From Pelomyxa schiedti (Eukaryota; Protista; Evosea): a DNA stretch of 64,000 nt. The stretch covers positions 1-64,000 of the forward strand of contig JAHLWZ010000851.1 of NCBI GenBank assembly GCA_020536535.1, written 5' to 3'. Made by a program: the position numbers and the translations under genes. The notes under the pieces are model-generated. The model worked only from the letters and a program-made list of their open reading frames with translations. It had not been told where the DNA came from and searched no databases. The first letter of the stretch is position 1. Every line of letters starts with the position of its first letter. Positions 60,404 to 64,000 of the stretch are shown piece after piece.

Positions 60404-63400
60404 TCAGTTGAGCTTTTGTTTTCTGGTCCTGTTGTTACCCTTTTTTGTGTTGTCTTTGGGGGGTTGTGGTTGGAGACCTGTGGTGGCGGGCGCGGCAACG
60501 AATTCAATCTCGTGATTGGCTGTGGTAGTATCCAGTGCGGCCAGTATGCCATTGACAGAAGTTGTTATCTCAAAGAGAACGCCGAGGGGCTCGAACCGCC
60601 ATCCCACTTCGCCGTGCTCAACCCGCAGTGTGATGTTGGGGTCTCCCTGCATTTGAATTGCTGTTAGTCAAGCAACGAAAGTACCACAAACACACGGCGG
60701 CTGCAATTCTTCGGAGGTTACTTAGCAATGTGGCATGGCATATACGCATGCTTTGTACGTCACCTTTTAGCGTATGTGTGGGAGGAGGGAGTTTGTTGGC
60801 ATGATGTGAGTGCCAAAGAGATACAAACCAAAGTGAATTTCGGTACGGAAGTGAGAATCGGTATTCTTAAAGTCATGCGGGTTCATATAAGTGGGGCAAA
60901 GTTGCATTGGCAGCACAGCAACCCGAGCAAATCGCACAATGTTTGCACCAATGGTTGCTTAAATACAGTTGAGTCTCATACAACAAAAGACCCCACTTAG
61001 GGGAAATGGGTTACCTGACAAAACATCCCAGAGCTCATTACCAACCAAAGTCAGTTGGGCATGTTTTACCGTTAAATCTGTTGTAATTGACCTTGGAAAA
61101 AAGGACCAAGAAAGCATTACCTGCTTGTTTCCTGCCCTCTACATGGAAACTGAGACCATGGCCAGCAATGCGATGAGATAGTTGTGCAGTAACTTTTGTT
61201 ACATGACAAACTGGTGTTGGATCGAGGACGGGAGCTGCCTTCCAGCTGGTCATTGAAGGTTAGAGGCTATTAAAGATGGAACTTATACCTTGACCGCACT
61301 ATTTGGAGAGCCTGTATATACAAGAAACAGGATACAGGGATAACAATGAAGAATAGCCAGCGAATTCCAACTTTGTAAACAACAAAAAGAGGCCACGCAC
61401 CCCAGATGGCAAGAATTGGGAACATAAGCAACTCCCCTTTTCAGTGAATTGGTTCCGCAATACAATTATCTTTGTGATACCCAAGAACAGAACTCTTCTA
61501 AAGCTGAAACACTTCATAGTAAGTTTCGCCAGAATCATCCTATACATTCCCCACATCTTTCCGGAAAAGATTCTGCTCACCAGCCATACATAGCAACCAA
61601 TTGGCTGGAATAGAGGGGCATGCTTTTCACTTACTGGGTTGAAATTAGTTGGTATAAATTTGGTGAACTCTTCCTCACTTGTAAAAAACGACCAAAGGGC
61701 GGATATAACAATAGGCATCCAAGCGCATTGTATGATTACAGTTTCCGGTGTAATCTGGTACATAAAACTTTGGATAGAAGAGACCGTTGGTATTTCACTG
61801 GGCAGTACAGTGCCAACACTATGAACGGTGTTAAATAGAAGAAGAATGAAAGGAAAAACCATATCGACAGTGTCTCACAATCGTGGTGGATTCTCCTGAA
61901 AGGTATGAAATTGAGAAGTTTCCATGTTGCCGGTGAATGTTACCCAATTAGATCCCAAATAGTTGTTCTAAATGGAGAGGACAGAAGAGTAGGAGCAAGC
62001 ATCCATGTACAGCACAGCAGTAGGAAAATAGGTGTTGAAAAAATTTGTACAACCATACACACAGTCTCTATAATTCCGTAGAACATGGGAGGAGTAACTT
62101 GTTTTGGTGAAAAACAATGAAATAGAAAACTGGGATGTACAAAGCTTGATTTTTTCCCACAGAGGAGCACCGAAGGAAAGGAAAAACATTGGGATAAATA
62201 CTAGAAGAGGTAAAGTCATAGATTATTTGAAGGGAGTGCTCACATAATGAAGCCACAATGAGTATAAAGATAAAACCACAGATAAGAATAAATGTCGCCA
62301 CTGTAAGAGGTATCAAAGAATCCACAACTTCCCATGTGGAATTGAGTAAACTTTGATCTTGTTTGTTTAGAAAAAGAGTAAGGCAATATGGTGAAAACCA
62401 GTTATGGCTCTTAGACCTATTGGGATAGAGTTTAAAAAGTAACCTAACAGTGTGTTAATTACCATGTGAGCAGAAATTATTGAAACTCTTTTCAGGTCCA
62501 GGTATTACTTCATACAAAATCTTGTGGAAGGGCACACACATCCAACCCAGCAACTGCGTTGACAAAGGGTGAGAAGAGATTATTTTACTTGACAACTTAC
62601 TTTAAGTGGCAGTAAAAGGAAATGAACAATGTGATAAATAGTTGCTTCTACAGTCCTAGAAATCTCGAAACGAAACAGGGACATTGAGAATGGGAAAGAA
62701 TCTAAACCGAATTCGGTTGAAGAAAGTGTGTAGGCCTACAGTCCCACAAAAACACAAAAGGTGAACAAGAAGAGCCGAGTTTGGGGTTTGACACTACCTT
62801 GCGATACATCAGGGAGAGTGATGTTGACTTTCTGTCTATTGCAGAAAAATGGATGTGGCAAATAGAAACCATGTGAACAAGCATTTTAAGCCCGTCGAAG
62901 ATAGTGAGGAATGCAAATGGCAACAAAAGAAGTGAAAGTAGGTCCAGGAGTAAAAGAAGGATTGTCCTCGTGGATGCAAGATAATACGCTCTAGTCTACA
63001 CACCAAACTTCAGTTCAGAGTTGAGGGACACAAAGATACCTTGCGGTATTCAGACCAGAAATCACCAATAATTGGGAATGATGAATAATAATGGTGCACA
63101 AGAAATACAAATGTATGGGCACGAATCAAAGTGCAAATATGGATGGTGGCTAGAATCATTAACAGTGAGTATAAAACGAAGAAAAGTGCCTGCTGTTGTT
63201 GCCACGATATCAAAAATCACAAGTCCACACATTCGCGCCATGCTCCACCTAATGGCCCACAGGTTTTTATCCTTTACAGAGTCAAAGGTTAAAACGGAAT
63301 CGCCGCTGGTACCTTCTTTATTTCATATACAAGGCAAGGTATTCGCCACATAGTCACCAAAACTACTAAGCCTGTTAATACAAAAGGCAAATCAATCAGC

Positions 63401-64000
63401 CACTGTAAGAATTCTATGCAAATAGCCTTGTGCCAGTTATCCCCACGCTCCAACTTGGAGGGTTGTTAAAAAAACAGTTGGAAAATAGGGAATTACCTTC
63501 TTGTACATCTCCCACAAGAACGGAATTCTCCACAAAGTGAGGACCATCACTAGCAACAACACAAAAACAGGAGCATCAATCAATCCAAGTGCAAAACTTT
63601 TTAGGCATGCATATCTTCTCTCTGTGGCATTTTCGTACTATTGTTTATTAAGCAGTCGAGAATTAGAGCGGGAATTGGGAATACTTCTGTCCATGAGCGA
63701 TAAAGTAGAATGGGTATCCTCCAGAAACAAATCATGCCGCAAATGCAGAATGGGATGTCCACAATAAGCTGCCATAGTTGGTTGAATATCATATTTTGTT
63801 TGTTGTCTTCCAATGATGCCTTAGCACACAAGCTCAGAACAAGCGAACAGACGTAACAATCAGAACCTCTTTCAATTCCCGGTACAATGTCAAGCATCTC
63901 CAAGACATGAATACAAGTGCACAAGCTATCACTGCAGGGAAGTCCAAACAAATTTGCAAAGCTTGATACGCAATGAGTTTCTTGCGATCCCACTCGCCCA
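60404..64000 (-). CDS. Large multi-pass membrane protein, 5'-truncated by the window; unknown function
   Basis: Successive hydrophobic exons, with a repeated D-x-P..(hydrophobic)..WRIP motif (VDIPFCICGMICFWRIPIL; IDAPVFVLLVMVLTLWRIPFL). Probable last exon 60404-60652. Confidence 0.65.

Overview
Gene-dense eukaryotic (protist) DNA. It has many short GT-AG introns (mostly 40-90 nt), intergenic gaps often under 200 bp, and one 10-N scaffold gap. Gene content and style suggest an amoebozoan, possibly an archamoeba such as Pelomyxa (inference, not verified). I count one tRNA-Ser(AGA) and about 29 spliced or intronless protein genes. They include a SAM-tyrosine kinase-GNAT fusion, pyroglutamyl peptidase, Amt, a GATA factor, GH35, ubiquitin E1, a DDT/PHD chromatin protein, Ctf8, a PHO80-type cyclin, a plexin-like RasGAP receptor, eIF2-alpha, eS12, SIN1, a degenerate RluA-like protein, an FGD-type RhoGEF, Ttd14, a LIM protein and NC2-alpha. 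The standout lies in the ORF-empty AT-rich stretch 56.6-57.8 kb on the minus strand. It parses perfectly into 18 consecutive 3-nt (single-codon) exons plus one 6-nt exon, separated by 20 canonical phase-0 introns. These exons build the beta-hairpin ligand-binding loop of an ankyrin repeat in an ANK-coiled coil-SAM-SAM-U-box protein. This is a candidate codon-by-codon splicing diversifier of an E3 ligase recognition surface. All gene models are hand-spliced from the sequence; no searches were run.
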